Under the pieces are notes generated by a model. That model saw nothing but the letters and a program-made list of their open reading frames with translations, had not been told where the DNA came from and did no database searches. Of a stretch of DNA of 64,000 nucleotides, positions 41,125 through 50,919 are shown in pieces. A program made the translations under genes and the position numbers. This DNA comes from Macrostomum lignano (Eukaryota): assembly GCA_002269645.1 (NCBI GenBank), contig NIVC01000553.1, positions 94,554 through 158,553 of the forward strand, written 5' to 3'. Every line of letters starts with the position of its first letter. Position 1 is the first letter of the stretch.

Positions 41125-41590
41125 CGAGGATCTGCGAGGCCCGGCAACTGAGGATCTGTGAGGCTGACCCGGCAACTGAGGATCTGGGAAGCTGGCCAAG
41201 CAACTGAGGATCTGGGAGGCTGGCCCAGCAACTGAGAATCTGGGAGGCTGGCCCAGCAACTGAGGATCTGGGAGGCTGGCCCAGCAACTGAGGATCTGGG
41301 AGGCTGGCCCAGCAACTGAGGATCTGGGAGGCTGGCCAAGCAACTGAGGATCTGGGAGGCTGGCCCAGCAACTGAGAATCTGGGAGGCTGGCCCAGCAAC
41401 TGAGGATCTGGGAGGCTGGCCCAGCAACTGAGGATCTGGGAGGCTGGCCCAGCAACTGAGGATCTGGGAGGCTGGCCCAGCAACTGAGGATCTGCGAGGC
41501 TGGCCCAGCAACTGAGGATCTGGGAGGCTGGCCCAGCAACTAAGGATCTGGAAGGCTGGCCCAGCAACTGAGGATCTGGGAGGCTGGTGG
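41125..41590. repeat. Minisatellite, 28-bp unit, reverse complement of 1583-2337
   Basis: CAGCAACTGAGGATCTGGGAGGCTGGCC repeated. Confidence 0.95.
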
Positions 41591-42167
41591 CGCAGCTAAA
41601 AATAAAGGTGCAAAAGTACAAGCGGAAAGTTTTTTTACTCTATCACCCAAATAGATCAGCAATGGGTAAAAAATCAATATTTTAATAGAGCAATATTTCA
41701 GACTCGTCTTATATTTATAGCATCAACATTGTCCAATTGACGCAAATGATACAAAGGATTTACAAAACATAATTAGATAATCAGTCGTTATATAAGAGAA
41801 TCGGAATTATCAGTGTGAATCGCTAGTGTGAATAGTCACAATATACTAAATCTCTAATAAAATACTATAGTAGTTGCAATAGCTAGAATATTTGCAGCAG
41901 ACTTGGCACGCCTAACAATGTCAATTAGTTCAGTCTAGTGCGCCCTGCATGTCTAACAGGCCTTTAGCCTTCTCCATCTGGTGCAGAAAGTCGTAGAACT
42001 CGGTCAAGGACAGCTCTGCAACCGAGTCAGGGAAGTGGGATAAAAGTTATGAATAAAAAACACTATTTATAATATTTCTGGCAAAGTGTACTCTGAAGTC
42101 CACATTGATTACTATTTAAGAAAAGTTATCAAAGGTAAGTCAAGATTTTCATATAGGTAAGTTAAGA

Positions 42168-42480
42168 TTGAGATGAGATGTGATGTGATGAGATTTGATG
42201 AAATGAGATGTGATGTGATGCGATGTGATGAGATGAGATGTGATGAGATGAGATTTTATGCAATGAGATGTGAGAGATGAGATTTGATGTGATGAGATGA
42301 GATGTGATGTGATGAGATTGTGATGTGATGAGATTTGATGTGATGAGATTTGATGAGATGAGATGTGATGTGATGCGATATGATGAAACTTTATATGATG
42401 AGATGAGATGTGATGAGATGTGATGTGATGAGATGAGATTTTATGCGATGAGATGTGATGAGATTAGAGAGATGAGATGA
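42168..42480. repeat. (GATGA/GATGT)n pentanucleotide microsatellite
   Basis: Degenerate 5-bp repetition. Confidence 0.9.
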
Positions 42481-42875
42481 AGCGAGCACAGTCAGAGAGA
42501 CCAAGAGGGAGTAAGTGAGAGACTGGAAGTAAGTAGGGAAATCCAGAAAAAAATTCAATTAGATGATAGCATATAGAAGGTGACAGAAGATATGATGAGA
42601 ATGGAAGTGGCAAACCAAAGCAGAAAATTGCAGATGGTACATGTATAAAAAGAGGTTAAGGAAGATGAGAACCCTTAAATCAAAATAATTAGTTATAAAA
42701 CACCAGAAATAAAAACTTGCAAAGTATCACTTTTTGTTATTCGAGACAAGGGCTGTGTGCACCCTGGCGCACTTGAAGTGACATTGTCACACAACCGGAG
42801 AGAGGCAATTGCTGCCCATTTCGCCGACTCCCCTGAGCAGGCACACAAGCGCGCGGATACGTAAGCATTCATACA

Positions 42876-43192
42876 GTAATAATAAAAAATAATAATATTT
42901 GATTACACCTGCCCCAATTGGGCCAGATGCGCAACCGACAGCTCAGCCGCAGCTATTGCGCGGCGCATCTGAAGGCTGCGTACGGCTGTTCGGTCCAAGG
43001 ACTGGGGGGTCGCCACACACCCTCAATTACCCCTGCTAATGCTGGCACCCATTTTACAGCTGGGTGAACTGAAGCAATGCAGAGTCAAGTGTCTTGCTCA
43101 AGGACACAAATTGTTCCGAGTGGGTCAAGAATCGAACCCCCAACCTTCAAATCGTGAGACCGACGCTCTAACCACTAGGCTACAGCCCCTCC
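42876..43192 (-). mobile_element. tRNA-derived CORE-type SINE
   Basis: Minus strand: A box TAGCCTAGTGG (43182-43172), B box GGTTCGATTC (43138-43129), then TGTGTCCTTGAGCAAGACACTT...CAGCTGTAAAATGGG (43110-43047) resembling the CORE domain, and an (ATT)n-like tail at 42899-42876. Confidence 0.85.
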
Positions 43193-43194
43193 AT

Positions 43195-43405
43195 ACGCGC
43201 AGGCACACAGGACTTTATTTATCGTTAGGCATGTACACTTCACTGTGCCTTGGGGGTTGGCCTTCAAGGCCGTTAACTGCACGAGCAGAGCCAAGCCGAG
43301 ATTCCAATTCAGCCCCAAATTAATGTGACTGCACTTGGAATCGAGCCTGGGCCGCTGGCACATCAGAGCGCCGCGCCAGACCACTTGGCTGCAGCAACCG
43401 CGGTG
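43195..43405 (-). mobile_element. Second tRNA-derived SINE-like element
   Basis: A-box-like CAGCCAAGTGG (43391-43381), B-box-like GGCTCGATTCC (43347-43337); body segment 43229-43260 recurs at 35457-35487. Confidence 0.55.
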
Positions 43406-44404
43406 ATTGACGCAAGTTGTGACCCTGCGCTCAAACAAAAGAGCGATCAAGACAATACAACAGGCGAGAGACAGGAAAAAATGGAAACAAAAGCCTTGCT
43501 CACCCAGAAAGACTCGCTCCCGTTCACCTGAGGAACAAGTTGAAGATGAGGCATTGCCACCTTTCTGCAGTAAGATGCTGAGTACAACTGAGGTGCGACC
43601 AACCTCGCTAGGGTCACTGCCTGCAGCTGTCACTGCAATACGCATTGAGGTATAAGACATTATAAGCACCACCTGTCAATCAAACCATAGAAATTGAGAG
43701 AACTAACCAGACAGACGCCAGTCGACATCAATAATTTGTGAGTAGTCCATGAGACAGGGAGTTGGACAACTGGAAATATAGTGTAGTGCGATTGTCAACT
43801 ATTATTAAAGTTGCGCATCCCGCAGCCAACAAGCTCATCAAGGTTTAACCTCTGTTGTAATAAAAAATCAATACACGAGCTACTTAATTTAAAGTGCAAA
43901 ATTCTAACTAGAGTAAAACGCTTATTACTTACTATTAGTAGTCGTTTGTTAGCTAGTTAACAGGTAGGTCTTAAGGCATGCCTAAGAACCCACATGCTTG
44001 TACAGCGGCTCTTGTGTCTTGTGTGATGGCCTTCATGGGTTGTGAGTCACTGGCCTACTCTGTACCTTACTAATAGTAGCAATGCATGAAATGATTCGAT
44101 TAAAAAAAACAAAATTCAAGTTAAAATGAATTGAATTTGTATGTACTTTGGCCAACAGGAATTTTAGCTGCTTTCGGCAATGTCAACGAGTACTTTAACG
44201 AGACATTTTCTAAACAAAAAATACAATAACCAAGGATAATCAGGGACAAACAACTGCATAACAAAACAAATTTTTGACAAATAACAGGACATAGTAATAG
44301 ACACTAATTTAGACACAGTCTATAAGTAATCTGACAGATTCTGACACAGTGTGTTACGATAATTTTTACAGCTAATTATGAATCTGATTGTTATTAATCA
44401 GTTT

Positions 44405-44835
44405 TAAATCAAACCTGACAGTCTGACATCAAATTTGAAGGATTGACAGTCAGAAATCAAACCTGACAGATTCTGACAGTCTGACATCAAATCTGACACA
44501 TTCTGACAGTCTGACAACAAATCTGACACATTCTGACAGTCTGACATCAAATCTGACAGATTCTGACAGTCTGACATCAAATCTGACAGATTCTGACAGT
44601 CTGACATCAAATCTGACAGATTCTGACAGTCTGAAATCAAATCTGACAGATTCTGACAGTCTGACATCAAAGCTGAGATATTCTGACAGTCTGACATCAA
44701 ATCTGACAGATTCTGACAGTCTGACATCAAAGCTGAGATATTCTGACAGTCTGACATCAAAGCTGAGATATTCTGACAGTCTGACATCAAATCTGACATA
44801 TTCTGACAGTCTGACATCAAATCTGACAGATTCAA
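44405..44835. repeat. Minisatellite, 30-bp unit TCTGACAGTCTGACATCAAATCTGACAGAT
   Basis: Tandem repetition with internal TCTGACA sub-repeats. Confidence 0.93.
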
Positions 44836-44912
44836 TTTGACAGACGCTAACAGATGTGACAAACCTGAGAAATGTGAATTAGTGAGTCTGTGAGTTCAGT
44901 TCTCAAAGATGC

Positions 44913-45332
44913 TCAGTCCTTTTTAGTCCGCCTGTCCTTAGCCTCGGTCAGCAGCCGGGCTCTCTCCTTATCAACAGTCAAGTTCATCATCTGATAGATG
45001 AGGAAGCACAGAATCACCACGCAGTTGACCAGCACCGGCACAGACCAGATAAAGGTAATGAAAAATCCAGGTGAATCGAAGTACTGCTCCCCAAATCTGA
45101 GGACTCGCCAGTGCGTCGCCAACTGACGATTGACGGCATCGGCCGCCAAGACGCTGGCTAGAAGCAGCAAAAGCAAGCCAAACAGTAGCCAACTTCTTCT
45201 GCGCAGCAACAATATCAGCAACAGGCAAACAGGATGAATGCTCAGCAATATTAACAGGCCGGGCTCCGTACGCCAAGATATTGTTGACAGGGCGGACAGC
45301 GGGCCCGAGATCTGGCTTGTGTCAATCCAGTC
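44913..45332 (-). CDS. TMEM18: Transmembrane protein 18 (139 codons after an acceptor; no in-frame ATG)
   Basis: W..EP.L..L..H...LASVLAADAVNRQLATHWRVLRFGEQYFDSPGFFITFIWSVPVLVN matches remembered TMEM18 ([42 protein letters not shown]); acceptor tttgtattacgcttcag|GAC with an upstream CCTAAT branch-like site. Confidence 0.88.
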   Translation of the reverse strand, partial: DWIDTSQISGPLSALSTISWRTEPGLLILLSIHPVCLLLILLLRRRSWLLFGLLLLLLASVLAADAVNRQLATHWRVLRFGEQYFDSPGFFITFIWSVPVLVNCVVILCFLIYQMMNLTVDKERARLLTEAKDRRTKKD

Positions 45333-46075
45333 CTGAAGCGTAATACAAAGAAATGTAAAGTTCTAATTAGGTGACGAAGCTTTTTATATTTAAATTAAGC
45401 TATAGTTACTCCCACTGTTTACCCGACCCGATGAAAACGGTACCTAAGGCCAAGAAGCGTCCCAGTCATTTGCGTCGAGCATCTTAGCATTTTATTTTCT
45501 GCGACTCTGGCGCACTCATTACAACTCTATTTAGTCTACTTGAGTTAGTAGAAAGTTAAGCTCTAACACAGCCATTCTTGGACGACTTTTTGCGACTCTA
45601 AAAATCCCGTGATGCGCTCGTTACTCAAGAGTCGCCTAATTCGTCGCATTGAAATCGTGAATCATTAAAAAGTCACAAGAGTGGCCCCAGAATCGCTAGA
45701 GTCACCAGTGAGTTGCTTGCAATGACTCTTAAGCAATTCTTGTCACGGTATCGTTTTCAACGGGCTAAAACCATGCCATGTAGTTTAAATCTTTAACTTT
45801 AAAGGACATCAAAAGCAATCCAGCCCGATCAAGGTTTACGTCCCGGATCTCAGCTCTCTTATTATTTTTCTTTTCTCCTCTCCTATCTCCCCTCTTCTCT
45901 CGCCTCGCCCCACTTCTCTCTCCTCTCATCTCCCCCTTTTCTCTTCACTCCCCTCTTGTCTCTCCTCTCCTCTCTTCTCTCTACTCTCCTCTCTTCTCTC
46001 TCCTCTCCCCTCTCCTCTCTCCTCTCATCTCCCCATTTTCTCTTCTCTCCCCTGTTGTTGTTGTTGTTGTTGTTA

Positions 46076-46900
46076 CTCCCGGCCGGTTGGATCCGGGGGG
46101 GCGTGTCTGCGCCCCTACCGTGCGGAGGAAATCGAGCGCGCGGAGGCCGTCCGTCGAGAGGACGGCCAGGGACGGGTTTGGCCCTAGGGTGCGGGCCCGA
46201 AGGTCGTCAAGGGCCCGGCAGTGCAGGAGGACGTGGGCCACGTCTTCGTCGGCGGCCCCGCAGCGGGGGCAGGTGGCGGCGGTGTCCAGGCCGATCCGGT
46301 GCCGATACCAGCGTAGGAGCGGTGAGTGCCCGTGCGCAGCTGGGCGAGGGTCACCGCGTCGGCCCGGTTAAGGCGTGGCCGCGGGGCGGCGATGGCGGTT
46401 GCCAGACGGTGGGTGGCGCAGTGCGGGTCGGCCGCGTTGGCTTCGCGGGTGCGCTCGGCGAGGACCCGGCGGAGGGCGGCCCGCGCTGACCCGAAGTCGA
46501 TCGGCGTCTCCTTCTGGGGGAGGCCGGCCGCGGTCTTGGCGGTGACGTCCGCAGCATCGTTCCGCCGGAGGTCGCAGTGGCTGGGGACCCATTGCAGCCA
46601 GATTGGGAAGCGGGCGGCGACGTGGGTCAGCAGCGTCCAGATCTCCCGGCACGCTGGCGAGGAGGACTTGGACGGTCCCTTCTCGAGGGCTCGGAGCAGG
46701 GACTGCGAGTCCGTCAGGCAGCGGAGGCCGCTCAGGGAGGCAAGGTCCGGCCTGGAGGCGACGTGCTGAAGCCCCAGCCGGAGAGCCGACTCCTCGGCAC
46801 GGAAGGAGGAAGAGTAACGGCCCGCAGCCTGCGACAGGTGGACTGGCGGCGCGGTCTTGCTGAAGATGACCGCCCCCGCTCCGCCGTTGAGGGTGCCCCG
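46076..46900 (-). pseudogene. Frameshifted C-terminus of the retrotransposon ORF: RNase H and CCHC zinc finger
   Basis: After a shift at the G4 run (46896-46899): NGGAG, SSFRAE, TDSQS, WVPSHC, RNDAAD (RNase H). After a second shift (about 46330): LRTGH..., CPRCGAADEDVAHVLLHC (CX2CX8HX4C). Confidence 0.85.
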
Positions 46901-49900
46901 GAGGCTGAACCGTCTGTCCAGAGCTCCAGGTCGGCGGGCGGGAGGCTCGCCAGCGTCTCCAGCGCGGCCAGCTTTCTGACGTGGGGCGCCTCTTCTCGGG
47001 AGGTCGCGGTCAGGAGGTCGCAGCGGATGGTGATCCGGCTGGTGTCGGACCATGGCGGCGGAGGGAGGTTTTCCTGCTCCCGGGGGAGGGTGGCCAGGCC
47101 GGCGGCGGCGCTCAGGTGCTGCGCCGAGTCGCGCCAGTTCCTACGGAAGGCCCCAGGCTCCCCGTGAGCGCGCAAGCGGGGCGTAGAGGTCTTGCCCGCT
47201 GCAGCGCGGAGCGGAGTCGGTTGTCGGTGACGGAGGGCTCGCTCGAACAGGGCTGCGCCTGCCGCCTCCGCTCTGGTCGCCAGGGGCACGAGGTCGGCCT
47301 CAGCCATGAGGGCGCCAATGGCGGTCGAGCGGCAGCAGCCAGTGATGACGCGGGCGGCCGATCGGTGCGCAATCTCGACTTCGTCCCGGCAGGAGTCGGA
47401 CGCGAAGGTGAGCCACGTGGAGGCGCCGTGGAGCGCGGCCGCCTCCGCGTAGGTGCGGTAGAGCTGGGCGAGGCGCTGGCCGTCCTGGCCCCAATCGCGG
47501 CCCGCGAGGCAGCGTAGGACGCCGGTGCGCTGCTGGAGGGCGCGGCGCCGGAGCTCGGCGTGGTGGCGGAAGGTCAGCTGGGAGTCGAGGTGCACTCCCA
47601 GGAGCCTCGGATGCAGCTCGAACGGAGCTGGCGAGTCGCCGAGGAGGATGCGCGGCTGGACCTTTCCGTTGACCTCCCGGGGGTCGAGCGAGAAGAAAGC
47701 GACGACCGACTTGGTGCGGCTCAGGTCCACCTTCCAGGTTTGGGACCAGCGCACGAGCCAGTCGGCCGCCGGTTGCAGGGCCCGCTCACACTCCCGAGGG
47801 GTGGTCCCTTGCGCGCCGAAGGTGCTGTCGTCGGCGTACGCCAGCGTGAGGCAGTTCGTGGGGGCGCCGTCCAGGAGGTCGTCCATGTAGATCACCCACA
47901 GGATCGGGGCGAGGACCGACCCCTGCGGCAGCCCCTCGGAGAACACGGTTGGCTTGCAGGCCGCACTAACCCACCGCACGAAGGCCCTCCTGTCGGAGAG
48001 AAATCCCTTGAGCCAGCGGATGAGGCACGTGGGGATCCCCTTCCGACCGAGCTTGACGATGAGGGCGGCTCTCCAGACGCGGTCGTAGGCTCTGGAGAAG
48101 TCTGCAAGGAGCAGAGCGGTGCGGGCTGCCGGCTTCTTGGCCTGGAAACCGTCAAAAATGTACTGGGCCGCCGCGGCGATGTGCTCCTCCGTGGAGCGGC
48201 CCTGACGGAAACCGGCTTGCGACGGGTGGAGAGCGTCATTTGCCTCGAGGATGTAGGACAGCCGCTCGTTCACCATCTTCTCCGCGAGCTTGCCCAGGCA
48301 GCTGAGGAGGCTGATAGGGCGGAAGCTGGATGTCAGGCCGGCTGGCTTGTCCGATTTGGGGATCGGGCGGATCTCCGCAAGGCGCCACGGGGCGGGCACC
48401 TCCCCCGTCCTCCACGAGAGGTTCAGGAGGTCCAGGAGGCAGCGGAGCCCCAGGTCGGACAGATGCTTCAGCATGATGTTCGCGACACCGTCCGGTCCTG
48501 GGGCCGAGCGGTCCGGCAGGCGCACCAAGGCGCGGCGGAGGGCGTCGGGCTGGAAGTCGGAGCAGGGGCCGCTGCGGAGGCCTTGGCAGCTGCAGGGGGC
48601 GCGGAGCGTGTGACGGGCTTCTTGGATGACCGGCCGGTCTTCCGCCTTGTTCTTGGGGAGCCTGCTGACGGCCGCGTACTCCCGGCAGAGGCAGAAAAGC
48701 GCGGCCTTCTGTTTGTCGGAGACGGCCGGTGCCCCCGTGGAGCCCTGGATGGCAGCCGACGAGGGGGTGCCCTGGGACCGTCCGTCGAGGGCCCGGATGA
48801 TCCGCCAGAGGTCGGCGGAACACAGGTCGTGACCCGGGTCAGTGATGAAATCACGCCACAGCGACTCCTTGGCGCGGCAGATGGCGTGAGCAGCCGCGGC
48901 GGCAGCAGCCTGGTACGCGGCCGAGAGCGCCGGGTCGTCCGGACTCGCGCGAAGCGCTTCGAGCGCCGCGCGGCGGGCGGTGCAGGCCGCCTCGGCTTCC
49001 GGGCACCACCAGGCGATCGGGGCGCGCCGGCAGCCTCTCGGGATGGCCGCCTTGGCGGCGCTGGTGACGGCGGACGCGAACCGGTTGGCGGCGACGGGCA
49101 CCGTGCGTGGGGGGCGCTCCGGCCAGCTGGCCAGGGCCTGGTCGAGGGTCCGCTGGAACAGGTCCCAGTCCGCCTTGTGGTAGGCGTACCGCGTCAGGCG
49201 CTTGGAGCTGGAGCGGGCCGGGCCGGAGGCTGCGATGTCGATGATGATCGGCAGGTGGTCTGAGCCGATGTGCTCCCCGGTTCGCCACTCGATCCGGTCT
49301 TGCCAGGAGGCGTGGGCGAAGGAGACGTCAGGGGAGCTCGGCAGGCCGCGGGGGCTGATCCTAGTTGGGGAGCCGTCGTTCAGAGCGACCAGGTCGTAGG
49401 TCGTCGCCCAGTCTTCGAGGGCCCTGCCCAGCTCGTCGTCGTCCGCCGAGGCGTCCCACATCCCGTGGTGGGCGTTGAAGTCGCCCAGCACCAACGAGTC
49501 CCGTGAAACGGGGATCCAGTCGGGCTCGAAGGCGTCCGTGCGGCCGTCTGCGGCGCGGACCGGCGGGAGGTAGATGTTGATCACATCCAGGGGACGTGGT
49601 AGCCGGGGGTCGTGGATACGGAGGCCCGAGGCTTCGGCGGACGTGGCGTGGGTGACGAGCTCGCCTAGTGGAAGGTCGGCGAATTGAATGCCCTCCTTGA
49701 CAAGGAAGCAGACGCCTTCGTGGTGGGTTCTGGCTGCCTCCCCGTCGCGGCCGATGTTGCGGTCCTTCCGGCCAGCGATCTGCCACCCTTTGAGGCGTGG
49801 GGCCGCTGTGTTGCCGGACAGGTTCGTCTCCTGGATGCAGGCGACGTCGGCGCCCTGCTTCTCCAGGAAGTGGAGCAGTTCCAGCTTGCGGGAGCGGAGC

Positions 49901-50460
49901 CCTGCCGCGTTGAGCTGGACGATGCGGAAAGCCGCCCCGCTGTTGTTCGGCGCCCCCGCCCGCGCTGGTTGCGCCATCAGGGGGGGCGGGGGTGCCGGTG
50001 CGGGGTTCGGGGGAGGTGGAGTCGTAGCCGTTGGCGTCTGGTGGGTGCCAGTGGGGCCTGCAGCCGCGGAGGGGGCCGGAGTCGCAGCGGGCTGCGGCGC
50101 TGAAGCGGCAGGCTGGTGGGCGCAGGTGGGACAGTGCCACGGTGCCTTGTCCCGGTGGAGCCGGTTGATAGCCGCAATAGTGAGGCGGGAACAGCGGCGG
50201 TGCCACCACAGGCCGCAGTCGGAGCAGCAGGTGGAGTAGCCCCTGGCTACCTCCTCGGCACAGCCTCCGCACGGGAAGGCCGGCCCAGGGTTGGACTCGA
50301 CGTCTCCAGCTCTGAGAAGCAGCTGAGCCAGGTGAGCTGGGAGGCCTGGCTCAGCGTGGAAAAACCCGGGGCGCTCGAAGACCCTCGCACGGGTCCGGGG
50401 TGGTGGCTGCACTTGGCCGGGCGAACCCGGACGGTCCCGCCGCGTGAAGGCGGCAGCCAT
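46732..50460 (-). CDS. Retrotransposon polyprotein: 2A peptide, PHD finger, AP endonuclease, reverse transcriptase, start of RNase H
   Basis: PHD CxxC...CxxC..WWHRRC...WHCPTC (50271-50122); APE QLNAAG, CIQET, VINIY, GDFNAH, SDHLP (about 49930-49240); RT APGPDG, FRPISLL, QAGFR, DFSRAYD, GLPQGSVLAP, YADD, LGV; RNase H begins at WTDGS. Confidence 0.95.
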   Translation of the reverse strand: MAAAFTRRDRPGSPGQVQPPPRTRARVFERPGFFHAEPGLPAHLAQLLLRAGDVESNPGPAFPCGGCAEEVARGYSTCCSDCGLWWHRRCSRLTIAAINRLHRDKAPWHCPTCAHQPAASAPQPAATPAPSAAAGPTGTHQTPTATTPPPPNPAPAPPPPLMAQPARAGAPNNSGAAFRIVQLNAAGLRSRKLELLHFLEKQGADVACIQETNLSGNTAAPRLKGWQIAGRKDRNIGRDGEAARTHHEGVCFLVKEGIQFADLPLGELVTHATSAEASGLRIHDPRLPRPLDVINIYLPPVRAADGRTDAFEPDWIPVSRDSLVLGDFNAHHGMWDASADDDELGRALEDWATTYDLVALNDGSPTRISPRGLPSSPDVSFAHASWQDRIEWRTGEHIGSDHLPIIIDIAASGPARSSSKRLTRYAYHKADWDLFQRTLDQALASWPERPPRTVPVAANRFASAVTSAAKAAIPRGCRRAPIAWWCPEAEAACTARRAALEALRASPDDPALSAAYQAAAAAAAHAICRAKESLWRDFITDPGHDLCSADLWRIIRALDGRSQGTPSSAAIQGSTGAPAVSDKQKAALFCLCREYAAVSRLPKNKAEDRPVIQEARHTLRAPCSCQGLRSGPCSDFQPDALRRALVRLPDRSAPGPDGVANIMLKHLSDLGLRCLLDLLNLSWRTGEVPAPWRLAEIRPIPKSDKPAGLTSSFRPISLLSCLGKLAEKMVNERLSYILEANDALHPSQAGFRQGRSTEEHIAAAAQYIFDGFQAKKPAARTALLLADFSRAYDRVWRAALIVKLGRKGIPTCLIRWLKGFLSDRRAFVRWVSAACKPTVFSEGLPQGSVLAPILWVIYMDDLLDGAPTNCLTLAYADDSTFGAQGTTPRECERALQPAADWLVRWSQTWKVDLSRTKSVVAFFSLDPREVNGKVQPRILLGDSPAPFELHPRLLGVHLDSQLTFRHHAELRRRALQQRTGVLRCLAGRDWGQDGQRLAQLYRTYAEAAALHGASTWLTFASDSCRDEVEIAHRSAARVITGCCRSTAIGALMAEADLVPLATRAEAAGAALFERALRHRQPTPLRAAAGKTSTPRLRAHGEPGAFRRNWRDSAQHLSAAAGLATLPREQENLPPPPWSDTSRITIRCDLLTATSREEAPHVRKLAALETLASLPPADLELWTDGSASGAPSTAERGRSSSARPRRQSTCRRLRAVTLPPSVPRSRLSGWGFSTSPPGRTLPP
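50281..50340 (-). other. 2A (StopGo) ribosome-skipping peptide
   Basis: HLAQLLLRAGDVESNPG|P fits the D(V/I)ExNPG|P consensus with a Leu-rich upstream helix; skip site between 50284 and 50283. Confidence 0.85.
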
Positions 50461-50495
50461 GGGAAGCGCGCGAGCGCGCTCCGGGAGGCGGAACC
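50404..50495 (-). ncRNA. Candidate HDV-like self-cleaving ribozyme at the element 5' end
   Basis: Manual fold: P1 GGUUCCG/CGGGACC, P2 UGGCUG/CAGCCA, P3 CCG/CGG with L3 CCUUCACG, P4 CCGGG-UUCG-CCCGG, J4/2 CCAAGUG, hairpin in J1/2. Confidence 0.65.
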
Positions 50496-50919
50496 TCCCG
50501 ACCTCTCCCCTCTTGTCTCTCCTCTCCTCTCTCTACTCTCTACTCTCTCCTCTTCCCTGTTCTCTCTCCTCTCCCCTCTTCTCTCCACTCTCCCCCCTCT
50601 CTACTCTCCCCTCTTCTCTTTCCTCTCCTCTCTGGCCAGCAGTTTTGCGCTAGTTTCAATATCTCGCCCTTAGGTTAAAAAGTTCGCCGACCTGTGCTCT
50701 AACAATTTAACCTTCGCTAAAATATAAAAATAGTAATAAAGAAATTAACTTTTTAAGATGAAAGAAAAAGCTAAGCTAGAAAATTTAACCAAACGCGGCA
50801 CTTTGGTCTGGATTTATAGGACAATTTATTAATCATAATGATTAAAAGTACATGTGATACATTGATTGATTGATAAGTTTCTGTCTGATAAGCAGCATAG
50901 CAGATTGAACCGATAGAGT

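Larger units (their letters stand above)
46054..50502 (-). mobile_element. Full-length non-LTR retrotransposon, Ingi/I-group-like
   Basis: 9-bp TSD CTCTCCCCT at 46045-46053 and 50503-50511; (CAA)n 3' tail at 46054-46075; single GC-rich ORF encoding 2A, PHD, APE, RT, RNase H and CCHC. Confidence 0.92.

Noticed and set aside
43110-43405. tRNA genes
   Set aside because: A/B boxes run into SINE bodies without a complete cloverleaf, so they are SINE heads
43175-43672. ORFs of 68-165 aa next to the SINEs
   Set aside because: They overlap SINE sequence and have no domain or splice evidence
45405-45475. Cis first exon for TMEM18 (ATGACTGGG...CTTAG|GTACC)
   Set aside because: Both available donors give phase 2, which hits a stop when joined to the phase-0 acceptor at 45332
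46890-46900. Programmed -1 frameshift into RNase H
   Set aside because: No X XXY YYZ slippery heptamer; a 1-nt deletion in the G run explains it
46326-50673. Long plus-strand ORFs overlapping the retrotransposon (e.g. 47560-49263)
   Set aside because: Antisense shadows of a GC-rich coding frame; no recognisable domains
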